From Treponemataceae bacterium (GTDB taxonomy: Bacteria > Spirochaetota > Spirochaetia > Treponematales > Rectinemataceae), in the NCBI GenBank assembly GCA_963667725.2, contig CAXXHO010000005.1:576001-640000 (forward strand): 64,000 nucleotides of DNA, written 5' to 3'. Under the pieces are notes generated by a model. That model saw only the letters and a list, made by a program, of their open reading frames with translations, was not told the origin of the DNA and searched no databases. The translations under genes and the position numbers were made by a program. This document shows, piece after piece, positions 51,677-60,038 of this stretch. Each line of letters opens with the position of its first letter. Positions within the stretch are counted from its first letter, which is position 1.

Positions 51677-51781
51677 CTAGAAACCGCCCCGTCCGTACCT
51701 TGCGTCGCGACGCGCGCAAGAAGCAGGCCGGGGCTTTTTCATTTCACATATCATACCCACGCGACCGTCTCTTTCGCTCAT
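51677..51781 (-). CDS. Putative 34-aa leader peptide upstream of metA ([34 protein letters not shown])
   Basis: Translated by hand (below the ORF track cutoff); GGAGGA RBS; conserved second copy before metY. Confidence 0.65.
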   Translation of the reverse strand: MSERDGRVGMICEMKKPRPASCARRDARYGRGGF

Positions 51782-51857
51782 GGACGCTATTCCTCCAATG
51801 GAATGGCCAAGGGGCCGCGATGATCCGCGCTATCCCCAGCCGCTTCAAGATTGTGTT

Positions 51858-51886
51858 ACTATGCATAACCACAAATGAACTGTCAA
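51858..51886 (-). promoter_or_regulatory. Sigma70-type promoter for leader-metA-leader-metY
   Basis: TTGACA-17-CATAGT on minus strand. Confidence 0.7.
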
Positions 51887-51958
51887 TACGCGATTCCCGC
51901 GTCGGACGGATGCCTGGTCCCGCTTCATCGAGTCCCGCTTCGCCTGGTCGCGCTTCGC

Positions 51959-51987
51959 TTGACCCCTCGACGTTCGCGTGCTAGGAT
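51959..51987 (+). promoter_or_regulatory. Sigma70-type promoter for metF-metH
   Basis: TTGACC-17-TAGGAT with extended TG. Confidence 0.6.
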
Positions 51988-51999
51988 CGGCGAAATCTT

Positions 52000-53040
52000 A
52001 TGAGTGTAAATTCCTATGCCACCGCGAAAAAGCGGAACATTTCCTCCCGTTCGAGCATTCTCGATGCGCTCGCGTTAGGTCGATGCGTATCCATCGAGGT
52101 GGTCCCGCCGCCCCGCGGAGGCGATCTGGAATCGATCATGGCGGCCGTGGAGACCATCGCGCCGCACGATCCCTCCTTCATTTCGGTGACAGACCACCCG
52201 GGCGGGAAGGCCTGGGCCGATTCGACGGATGGGCCGCGGCGGGTAGCCTTGCGGACGAAGCCGGGCACCTTGGGAACTGCCGTGGCGCTGCGGGACGCCT
52301 TCGGTCTGACGACCGTGCCCCACATCGTCGGGGGGATGGCCGACAGGCTCGACGTCGAGGACCTTCTCATAGACCTCCACTACGCCAACTTCCGCGATCT
52401 TTTCGTCGTGATGGGCGACGATCGCTTCACTCCGGCAGGCCAGGCTTCCATACGGAATTCCCCCGCGGGCGGAGGCTCAGGCGAAGAGGGCTACGCCCAC
52501 GCCTCGGACCTCGTGGCGCACATTTCCAGGCTGAACTCGGGCGAATACACGCCGCCGGCAGAGGGCAAGCCCACTGCTTTCACCATGGGCGTCGCCGCCT
52601 ATCCCCAGAAACATTTCGCCGCCCCGAACCTCGAGGCCGATATCGAGCACCTGGCGGAAAAGATAACCGCGGGCGCTAGTTTCGCCATCACGCAGATGGT
52701 CTTCGAGGCAAAGCCTTACATCGAGCTCGTGCGGCGCCTCCGCGAAAGGGGCATCGACGCGCCCGTCCTGCCCGGCATAAAGCCGCTTTTCAAGGCTTCG
52801 AGCCTGGACATGATCCCGCGCACCTTCTTCGTCGACCTCCCGCGGGGATTGGTGAGCGCACTCAGGGAGGCCAGAAGTCCCGAGGAGGAAAAGGCCGCGG
52901 GCATAGCCTGGACGGTAAGACTCTGCCGGGAACTTCTCGACGCCGGGGCTCCCGGCCTGCACTTTTTCACGATGGGGCGCGGCGCCGGAACGCGGTGGAT
53001 ACTCGACGCCCTTTTCGGGCCGAAAGGCGGCGCGTCGTGA
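52000..53040 (+). CDS. metF: Methylenetetrahydrofolate reductase
   Basis: SIEVVPP, FISVT, VPH, GVAAYPQKH, AITQMVF, PGLHFFTM. Confidence 0.88.
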   Translation: MSVNSYATAKKRNISSRSSILDALALGRCVSIEVVPPPRGGDLESIMAAVETIAPHDPSFISVTDHPGGKAWADSTDGPRRVALRTKPGTLGTAVALRDAFGLTTVPHIVGGMADRLDVEDLLIDLHYANFRDLFVVMGDDRFTPAGQASIRNSPAGGGSGEEGYAHASDLVAHISRLNSGEYTPPAEGKPTAFTMGVAAYPQKHFAAPNLEADIEHLAEKITAGASFAITQMVFEAKPYIELVRRLRERGIDAPVLPGIKPLFKASSLDMIPRTFFVDLPRGLVSALREARSPEEEKAAGIAWTVRLCRELLDAGAPGLHFFTMGRGAGTRWILDALFGPKGGAS

Positions 53041-56000
53041 GCGGCGCCGTAGCCGGCGGCGCCGTAGCCGGCGGCGCCGCTCACGACGCGCGCCTCAGGT
53101 CGATGTTCGGCGACAGGTTAACCCTGGCCGACGGTTCGACGGGCACTGCCCTCGAGTCCCTCGCGCCCGAAGTCGCCGCGGGAGGGCGCCTGGCCCTCGT
53201 TCCCCTGGAGCGCCCCGAGATTCTGGAAGCGCTGCACAAGGCATATTTCGACGCGGGTTCGGACCTTGTCGAGACGGCCACTTTCTCGGCCAGCGCGCGC
53301 GACCTCAAGCCTTACGCCGAGGGTTGGGCTGGCGGCGCTGAAGGCTGGCATAGCGGCGCGGAGGCGCTTTCATACGCCGTGAATATGGCGGCTGCCGGCC
53401 TCGCGGCGAAGGCCGCGCGAAACGCGGGTACGGGGTGGCGACGCCGCCTCGTGGCGGGGTCTATGGGACCGGGCGACGCGCCGCCTTCCCTGGGCTCATC
53501 CACCTACGCCGAGCTTCTCGCCTCCTATCTCCCCCAGGCACGCGGCCTCGCGGACGGAGGCGCCGATCTGGCCATCATCGAGACTTGCCAGGACCCGCTC
53601 CAGATCAAGGCGGCCATCGCGGCGCTCCGAAACCCAAAAGGCGGACACGGGCTTCCCTTCATCGTCTCCGCCACCGTGGACGGGCGGGGAAGGATGCTGG
53701 CCGGGACCGACATCGCCGCCTTCGTCGCCATCGTCTCGCCCTTCGCGCCGCTCGCCCTAGGCCTCAACTGCTCGGGCGGTCCCGACGAACTCGAAAGTCC
53801 CCTCGAGGAGCTCACGGCCCTCTCCCCCTTCCCTGTCTGCTTCATGCCCAACGCCGGCCTGCCCTGCTCGGTGAACGGCTGCACCTCCTACCCCTTCGGT
53901 CCCGAAATTTTCGCGCAAAAAGTCGAGGTCCTTGCCAGGCGCTTCGGGCTTGCCATCGTCGGCGGCTGCTGCGGCACAAGCCCGGCCCATATAGCGGCAC
54001 TCCACGCTCGCCTCGGCGACAGGCCGCGGGCTTCGGCGAGACCGGCTCCAATACCGGCGCTCTCCTCGCTCTACAGGGCGCGGGGCATCGGTCCCGGTCT
54101 CTTCAAGATCGGCGAAAGGGCCAATTCCGCCGGCTCGGCGGCTTTCGCCGCCCTTCTGGACGCCGAGAACTTCGAGGGCATGGCGGACAAGGCCCTGGCG
54201 CAGGAGGCGAGCGGCGCCGCGGCCATCGATCTCCATCTCTCCCGTCCGGGAAGGGACGAGGCAGCCGACCTGGAGCGTCTCGTCTCGCTCATCGCCCCGA
54301 GGGCACAGTCAGCGCTTTGTCTCGATTCAGGCGATCCCGAGGTTCTGGCGCGAGCCTTGCCTTTCGTCGGCGGCCGCCCCTTGCTCAACTCGACGAGCCT
54401 CGAGGACCCCGAGCGGGCCCGGCGCGTCTTCGCCCTGGCCGCGGAGTTCGGCGGCGCCGTCGTCTGTCTGGCCATGGACAGCGCCGGGCCCGCGCGCTCC
54501 GTCGCCGAAAAGACGCGCATTTGCCGCTCCCTCTACGACATTGCCACGACGGAGTTCGGCCTTCAGTCGCAGGCCCTGCTCTTCGACCCGCTCACCTTCA
54601 CGATCGCGGCCGGAGGCGACGCGGCGACCACCATCGAGGCGATCGGCGCGATAAAGGAGGCCTGTCCGGGATCGCTCACTGTCCTCGGGGTGGGCAACGT
54701 GTCCTACGGGCTGCCCAAGGCCGCGCGCTCGGCGGTGACTTCCCTTTTCGTGGAAGCGGCCGTCCGCGCCGGCCTCGACGCGGCCATCTTGGACACAGGC
54801 GGCATCCCGGCGCCCGAATCCATCGACCCCGAACTGCGCGCCGCCGCCCTTCGCGCCCTCGGTTTCGAGGACTCCAGCGTCGCGGGTTCAACACCCGGCG
54901 TAAACGCGGCATCCAGCGCAAGCGCGTCGGGAGACAGGTTGGACGATCTCCTGGCCTGGGCCGCGAACAGGAGAAAGGACGCAAACGGGAGCGCCCAAAG
55001 ACCTCCGGCCGCCGGCGCGTCGGGATCGACTGCGCCGACGGAGCTGCCCGCGTCGGCGGCGCCCGAGCTTGCGCAGGATCCCGCAATCGCGCTCGCCGCC
55101 GCCCTGTCGCGGGGCGACGCGACGCGTGCGGAAATGGAGGGAAAGCGGCTAGCCGAATCGGAAGGCGCGGCTCGCCTCGCGTCCGCCGTGACGGCTTCCA
55201 TGGCCGAATCGGGCAGGCTCTGGAACGAAGGCCTTCTCTCCCTTCCTCTCGTCCTCCGCTCGGCTGAAGCGGCGCGCCGCGCGCTTTCCGCCATAGCCGC
55301 GGCATCGGCCTCGACCAGCAAGGGCACGGTCGTCATGGCGACCGTCAAGGGCGATCTCCACGACATCGGCAAGAACATAGTTTCGGCCATCCTAGGCTGC
55401 TCGGGCTGGCGCGTCATCGACCTGGGCACGAACGTGCCGGCTTCGGCCATCGTGGAAGCGGTCTTCGGCAATGGCGCCGTGGCCGTCGGCCTTTCGGGCC
55501 TGCTCACCCGCTCCCTCTCGGAAATGAAGGCCAGCTGCGAGGCGCTCCAGAGCGCCGGCTCCCTGAGCCTCGTCCTCTGCGGAGGCGCTGCCGTCGATCC
55601 CTCCTTCGTGTCCCGCGAAGTCGAACCCAAGCATCCCGGCCTTGTGCTCGCATGTGCCGACGCCTTCGCCGCGGCGAAAGCCCTGGATGAATTCGTGGAC
55701 TCGAAAAAAGCGACCAAAACCGCACCGAGCTCAAGAGCCGAGAAAACCGACGACGAGCGGAAAAATCCCGTCTCAAGCCCGCGCGAAAGCGCCCCCATCG
55801 CGCCCAAGACCAGCCCTGCGTTCGAGCTACCCTTCCAAGGCGCCTCGGGCGCGATCCCTATCCCCTTCGACGAAATTCTCTCCCGCCTGGAACGCAAGGT
55901 GCTCTTCTTTTCCCGTTGGGGCTACCGCCGCGAAGAGTACGCCGAGGCAGAACGCGAGCTTGAACGCCTTCTCCCCGCGGCCGGGAATCTCGCGGAACCG

Positions 56001-56528
56001 AAAGCCATCTACGGTTATTTTTATTGCCGACACGATGGCGAAACCAGTCTCGCCGTCCAGACCACCAGCCAGGATACACCCTGGGTGCTGCCCTTTCCCG
56101 CCGAGCGCGGCGGACAGGGCAGGTCCCTGGCTTCCTATTTCTCGCCCGAGAAAGACGCGATCGCCTTCTTCGCCGCGACAGCCGGACCTGGAATAGCCCG
56201 CGCGGCCCGCACGCTGAAAGAGGAAGGAAGGTTAGAGGAGTATTGGCGTCTTCACGGCCTCGGTTCGGCCATCGCGGAGGCGGCCGCGCAGTGGGTCCAC
56301 GACAGGATAGCGGCTGAAATAGCCGCGGCTGGCGCGCCTACGAAGGGAAAGCGCTATTCTTTCGGTTTTCCCGCCTGTCCCGGTACCGAGTACCAGGACG
56401 CCCTCCTTGATATTCTCGACGCCTCTCGCATCGGCCTTCGCGCCACCGAGGGCCATCAACTCGATCCCGAGCACTCGGTCACGGCCTTTGTCATAGCCCG
56501 CCCCGACGCGGTCTATTTCGACGCTTGA
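53037..56528 (+). CDS. metH: Cobalamin-dependent methionine synthase (four-domain, divergent)
   Basis: Hcy domain GLNCS/GGCCGT, pterin domain IGERAN, B12 motif GDLHDIGKN and LSGLL, activation RYSFGFPACP; GTGA overlap with metF. Confidence 0.88.
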   Translation: MSGAVAGGAVAGGAAHDARLRSMFGDRLTLADGSTGTALESLAPEVAAGGRLALVPLERPEILEALHKAYFDAGSDLVETATFSASARDLKPYAEGWAGGAEGWHSGAEALSYAVNMAAAGLAAKAARNAGTGWRRRLVAGSMGPGDAPPSLGSSTYAELLASYLPQARGLADGGADLAIIETCQDPLQIKAAIAALRNPKGGHGLPFIVSATVDGRGRMLAGTDIAAFVAIVSPFAPLALGLNCSGGPDELESPLEELTALSPFPVCFMPNAGLPCSVNGCTSYPFGPEIFAQKVEVLARRFGLAIVGGCCGTSPAHIAALHARLGDRPRASARPAPIPALSSLYRARGIGPGLFKIGERANSAGSAAFAALLDAENFEGMADKALAQEASGAAAIDLHLSRPGRDEAADLERLVSLIAPRAQSALCLDSGDPEVLARALPFVGGRPLLNSTSLEDPERARRVFALAAEFGGAVVCLAMDSAGPARSVAEKTRICRSLYDIATTEFGLQSQALLFDPLTFTIAAGGDAATTIEAIGAIKEACPGSLTVLGVGNVSYGLPKAARSAVTSLFVEAAVRAGLDAAILDTGGIPAPESIDPELRAAALRALGFEDSSVAGSTPGVNAASSASASGDRLDDLLAWAANRRKDANGSAQRPPAAGASGSTAPTELPASAAPELAQDPAIALAAALSRGDATRAEMEGKRLAESEGAARLASAVTASMAESGRLWNEGLLSLPLVLRSAEAARRALSAIAAASASTSKGTVVMATVKGDLHDIGKNIVSAILGCSGWRVIDLGTNVPASAIVEAVFGNGAVAVGLSGLLTRSLSEMKASCEALQSAGSLSLVLCGGAAVDPSFVSREVEPKHPGLVLACADAFAAAKALDEFVDSKKATKTAPSSRAEKTDDERKNPVSSPRESAPIAPKTSPAFELPFQGASGAIPIPFDEILSRLERKVLFFSRWGYRREEYAEAERELERLLPAAGNLAEPKAIYGYFYCRHDGETSLAVQTTSQDTPWVLPFPAERGGQGRSLASYFSPEKDAIAFFAATAGPGIARAARTLKEEGRLEEYWRLHGLGSAIAEAAAQWVHDRIAAEIAAAGAPTKGKRYSFGFPACPGTEYQDALLDILDASRIGLRATEGHQLDPEHSVTAFVIARPDAVYFDA

Positions 56529-56603
56529 TCGCGAGATAAAAAAGGAAGGTTTAGCGAGGAATTGCCGCAGTAAGCGGCGCCAGTCCAAAGCAGTTAACAG
56601 TAG

Positions 56604-56909
56604 TCAGCAGCAGGAACTCGTCGAATCGCAGCATGAACCGCCGCCGCAGTCGGGCGCCGTTCCGCGCAGCTTCCCGATGATGATGGCTCCCGCGCAGCCG
56701 ACACCGGCCTTCACCACCAGGGCACCCACCGGGCAATTGCGCGCGCAGGCTCCGCACTCCATGCAGGTCTCGCGCGACGCGATCAGGGCTTTCCCCAATT
56801 CGATCCGGAATACCGTGTGCGGGCACACATCCACGCAAGCTCCGCAGCCGATGCAGGTTTCGCCGTCCAGGCTGAGCGTTTCGCCGTTTTTCATATAGGT
56901 CAGGGTCAT
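56604..56909 (-). CDS. hgcB: Mercury methylation ferredoxin HgcB
   Basis: CIGCGACVDVCP and CMECGACARNCP, GVGCA, Cys-rich tail ending CC; AGGAG RBS; 8 nt downstream of hgcA. Confidence 0.93.
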   Translation of the reverse strand: MTLTYMKNGETLSLDGETCIGCGACVDVCPHTVFRIELGKALIASRETCMECGACARNCPVGALVVKAGVGCAGAIIIGKLRGTAPDCGGGSCCDSTSSCC

Positions 56910-56917
56910 TTTTTCTC

Positions 56918-57997
56918 CTACAAACCGAAGAGCCGCGAGGCGCCGGCCGCCACAAGCCCCAGGGCGAGCGACGAGACCATAGGCCAGAAACTCCTGTCCA
57001 CTTCCAGGAGGGCTCCCGGCTGGCAGGTGTAGGTCGAAGCTCCCGTGAAGTTCATGGCGAGAAAAGCGACGACCGGCGTCGCGACAAGGATTCCCCCAAC
57101 CGCGGCCAGAACTGGTATATGGAAGATAAAGGCGCATGACAGGGCCCAGGCCGCCCCCAGCGCGGCGCCCTTTACCACGAAAGCCCTCGATGGAAGCCAG
57201 GGAAGCAGTGCAGGGAAAATCATCGTTCCCATCGGAATGCTGCCGAGAAGGAGGATAGCGGCGGGGATCGCCCGCGCCAGCCAGCCCCGCGCGGGAAGGG
57301 CGAAAACGGCGGCCAGCGCCAAGGCCGCGGGAATTATCGGCCAGGAATGGGCAATTTCCACGGGAGCGACGGCCATGCGATCCCGGAAATTGAAGGTGAC
57401 CTTGCTCATGGCGGCGCTCTTGACGCGGCCAGCGGCCAGCCATGCCTGTATGTCAGCGGCGCGCACCGGGCCCCATTCGACGCGGAAGCCGGATTTCTTC
57501 AGCACTTCGGGAGCCGAGACGCCCGGCGCCCCGAGCTGTGGCAGTATGAGGCCGCGATGCGAGACGAGATCGGCCAACTTCACTTTTGCGATCCGCGACA
57601 CAAGCTCCGCCGTCCCGAAGGATCCTTTGCCGGCCGCGCACCAGAGATTGATGCCCTTGGTGTCGAGGACGAGAATCCAGCCGTCCAGCCCCGCGAGATT
57701 CGAGCGAAGCGCGTCGAAACTCAGTTTATAGTTGGCGCTGACGAACACAGGCGAATCTTTGGTCGGATTGCCCACGGCGTAGATGCCCGGCAGAACGCTG
57801 TAGCGCATCCGGCCGACGCCCCATCGCGCCTTGAGCCCGCCCAGCCTGTCGCCTTTGTCCAGGCTCGTCGCCGCGACCGGTATCGTCCTGTCGCCATACA
57901 CCATAAAGCGCTTCACCCAAGACTTCTTGAGCCCTTCCAGGACGACGAATCCCGCCTGGGCCTCGGCCTTCGCGTCGCGTTTCAGAAGCAGGCTCAT
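56918..57997 (-). CDS. hgcA: Mercury methylation corrinoid protein HgcA
   Basis: PGIYAVGNP, SANYKLSFD, LDTKGINLWCAAGKGSFG cap helix, ILPQLGAPGV, WGPVRA, C-terminal TM helices and NFTGASTYT. Confidence 0.92.
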   Translation of the reverse strand: MSLLLKRDAKAEAQAGFVVLEGLKKSWVKRFMVYGDRTIPVAATSLDKGDRLGGLKARWGVGRMRYSVLPGIYAVGNPTKDSPVFVSANYKLSFDALRSNLAGLDGWILVLDTKGINLWCAAGKGSFGTAELVSRIAKVKLADLVSHRGLILPQLGAPGVSAPEVLKKSGFRVEWGPVRAADIQAWLAAGRVKSAAMSKVTFNFRDRMAVAPVEIAHSWPIIPAALALAAVFALPARGWLARAIPAAILLLGSIPMGTMIFPALLPWLPSRAFVVKGAALGAAWALSCAFIFHIPVLAAVGGILVATPVVAFLAMNFTGASTYTCQPGALLEVDRSFWPMVSSLALGLVAAGASRLFGL

Positions 57998-58497
57998 CGT
58001 TCGGTCGCCCCGGATTCCCGGCAGCAGCCACCCGATCCGTTCAAAGCGCCCGATCCCTCCAAGAGCCGCCAGGCTCGCATGGTCTTGGCGAACAAAGGGA
58101 GCGCGGCCATAAGCATATTTTTTTCGCCCGCAGGAAGCGACGCGAGGAGTCCATCATAATAGCGGTCGCAGAGATTATTGATAGAATCGGCCTTCTCCCG
58201 CCCTAAAACGGTGAGGCGGACAAGCTGGCGCCTGCGGTTGTCGGGATCTTCCCTTCTCTCCAGAATTCCCGCCCTGACAAGACCGTCAACCGTGCGGGAA
58301 AGCGTTGAGGAATCGAGCTCGAGGACGGCGGCCAGGGCCCCGACGCTGGCCTCCCCCGCCTCTTCCACCGCGAGCAGCAGGTGGCACTGCGCCGGCGTCA
58401 CGCCGCAGCATTCGGTCTGGGCGACGAGGGCAAGCTCCACCTGGCGCTCAAGCGCCCTGAGTCCTTTGCGAAAACTGCGGATTGAAGAATCGGCCAT
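57994..58497 (-). CDS. Cys-rich MarR-family regulator
   Basis: ECCGVTPAQCH, LDSSTLSRTVDGLV, EDPDNRR, LTVLG; stop overlaps hgcA start (ATGA). Confidence 0.9.
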   Translation of the reverse strand: MADSSIRSFRKGLRALERQVELALVAQTECCGVTPAQCHLLLAVEEAGEASVGALAAVLELDSSTLSRTVDGLVRAGILERREDPDNRRRQLVRLTVLGREKADSINNLCDRYYDGLLASLPAGEKNMLMAALPLFAKTMRAWRLLEGSGALNGSGGCCRESGATER

Positions 58498-58532
58498 ATA
58501 TGCTCCGTCGCCTTTATCAAGGCGGCGCGATA

Positions 58533-58562
58533 ACTATGAATGTATATTACATCAATTGTCAA
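58533..58562 (-). promoter_or_regulatory. Promoter of marR-hgcAB with inverted repeat in the spacer
   Basis: TTGACA-18-CATAGT on minus strand; ATGTA-TAT-TACAT at 58540..58552. Confidence 0.6.
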
Positions 58563-58628
58563 TACCATATATTTTGTACTGCACACATCAAGACAATTCC
58601 GTCTGCGCCATGCCCGCGCTATCGAAGC

Positions 58629-58659
58629 TTGACAGCGTAATACCACATTGTGGTATATT
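58629..58659 (+). promoter_or_regulatory. cysK-region promoter with 8-1-8 inverted repeat
   Basis: TTGACA at 58629, TGnTATATT at 58651..58659 (19-nt spacer); ATACCACA-T-TGTGGTAT at 58640..58656. Confidence 0.6.
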
Positions 58660-58892
58660 ATTGATAATGAAGGTAAACACCGACCACTATATACCGGAGG
58701 TAGCGGAGGGGCGTCAGTCCCTCCATGCGTGTCTCCTATCCCGCGCCCTCCCCGCCTGAAATGACGGCGCCGTCGAGGCGCGACCCCAGATCATCAGAAG
58801 CTCATTTTCATAATCGCCCGGACTACATCATCCGAACTACATCATCCGAACACGACACCGCGCATAAAAAGCAGGCGCGAAAGGAACATGAA

Positions 58893-59855
58893 ATGTCATA
58901 CGCGAAAAGCATAACCGACCTCATAGGAAACACGCCCCTCGTCCAAATAAAGGCACCCGACGCAGCGCCAAGGGCAAAGCCCTTGGCGATCGTCCTCGCC
59001 AAGCTCGAGTCCTTCAATCCCTTCTCGAGCATCAAAGACCGCATAGGCCTGGCCATGATCGAGGACGCCGAACACCGCGGCGCGCTCAAGAAGGGAAACA
59101 TCATCGTCGAACCCACCTCGGGCAACACCGGCGTGGCCCTCGCCGCCGTGGCGGCGGCCAAGGGCTACCGCATCATCCTCACGATGCCCGACACCATGAG
59201 CGTCGAGCGGCGCAAGCTTCTCGCGGCCTACGGGGCCGAGCTCGTCCTCACCGAGGGAGCCAAGGGCATGAAGGGCGCCATAGCGAAGGCGAAGGAAATC
59301 GCCGAATCCACCCCGGGCAGCTTCATACCCAGCCAATTCGACAACCCGGCCAACCCGAAGATACACCGCGAAACGACGGCCGAGGAGATCTGGCGCGACA
59401 CCGAGGGGAAGGTGGACATCGTGGTGGCTGGCGTGGGCACGGGCGGGACGATCACCGGCGTCGCCTCGGCGCTCAAGCCGCGAAAACCGGGGTTCGAGGC
59501 CATCGCCGTGGAGCCGGCCGCCTCACCCGTCCTCTCGGGCGGCCAACCCGGCCCCCACAAAATTCAGGGCATAGGCGCAGGCTTTATCCCCGGAGTCTAC
59601 GACCCGAAGCTCATCGACGAAATCATACAGGTGAAACACGAGGACGCCGGCTTGGTCGCGCGCGACCTGGCTAGGCATGAGGGAATCTTCGCGGGAATTT
59701 CGTCCGGAGCGGCGCTCTGGGCAGCCCTGCGGGTAGCGGCGCGCCCGGAAAACGCGGGCAAGGTCATCGTCGTCATCTTCCCCGATACGGGCGAGCGCTA
59801 CCTCTCCACCTGGCTCTTCGAGGAACCGGCGCCCGCAGACGTGAACGTAAAATAA
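58893..59855 (+). CDS. cysK: Cysteine synthase A
   Basis: [55 protein letters not shown]. Confidence 0.96.
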   Translation: MSYAKSITDLIGNTPLVQIKAPDAAPRAKPLAIVLAKLESFNPFSSIKDRIGLAMIEDAEHRGALKKGNIIVEPTSGNTGVALAAVAAAKGYRIILTMPDTMSVERRKLLAAYGAELVLTEGAKGMKGAIAKAKEIAESTPGSFIPSQFDNPANPKIHRETTAEEIWRDTEGKVDIVVAGVGTGGTITGVASALKPRKPGFEAIAVEPAASPVLSGGQPGPHKIQGIGAGFIPGVYDPKLIDEIIQVKHEDAGLVARDLARHEGIFAGISSGAALWAALRVAARPENAGKVIVVIFPDTGERYLSTWLFEEPAPADVNVK

Positions 59856-59871
59856 CAATCGACCTATAAAG

Positions 59872-59901
59872 AAAGGAAAGCATGGCTTCATGCTTTCCTT
59901 T
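59872..59901. terminator. Terminator-like hairpin after cysK
   Basis: AAAGGAAAGCATG-GCTT-CATGCTTTCCTTT. Confidence 0.8.
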
Positions 59902-60038
59902 GTGTTTTCCACCACATTGACAAATAATAAATACAAGCTCGCTGTAGCTAAAGTCTGTGGTTTATAACATCAAAACAAACCATTGCGGAGCCTTGAATAA
60001 TCTCATTTGACATGCGCTTTAGCTGACAATAAGCACTG

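Noticed and set aside
51621..51860. Known SAM-I riboswitch or T-box before metA
   Set aside because: No SAM-I core motifs, T-box sequence or U-tailed terminator seen by eye; an Rfam scan is still needed
56550..56606. Sec read-through of the hgcB TGA
   Set aside because: The protein ends in the usual CC; the small downstream hairpin is not a convincing SECIS
56604..57443. 279-aa ORF or an HgcA-HgcB fusion
   Set aside because: The upstream part is an off-frame shadow of hgcA; hgcA has its own stop and hgcB its own RBS and ATG at 56909
56918..57997. HgcA as an acetyl-CoA synthase corrinoid subunit
   Set aside because: Short length, TM domain, WCAAGK helix and adjacent hgcB fit HgcA; no acs/cdh genes nearby
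17362..57997. Functional link between the selenium operon and hgcAB
   Set aside because: They are over 30 kb apart with unrelated genes between and no shared motif was seen
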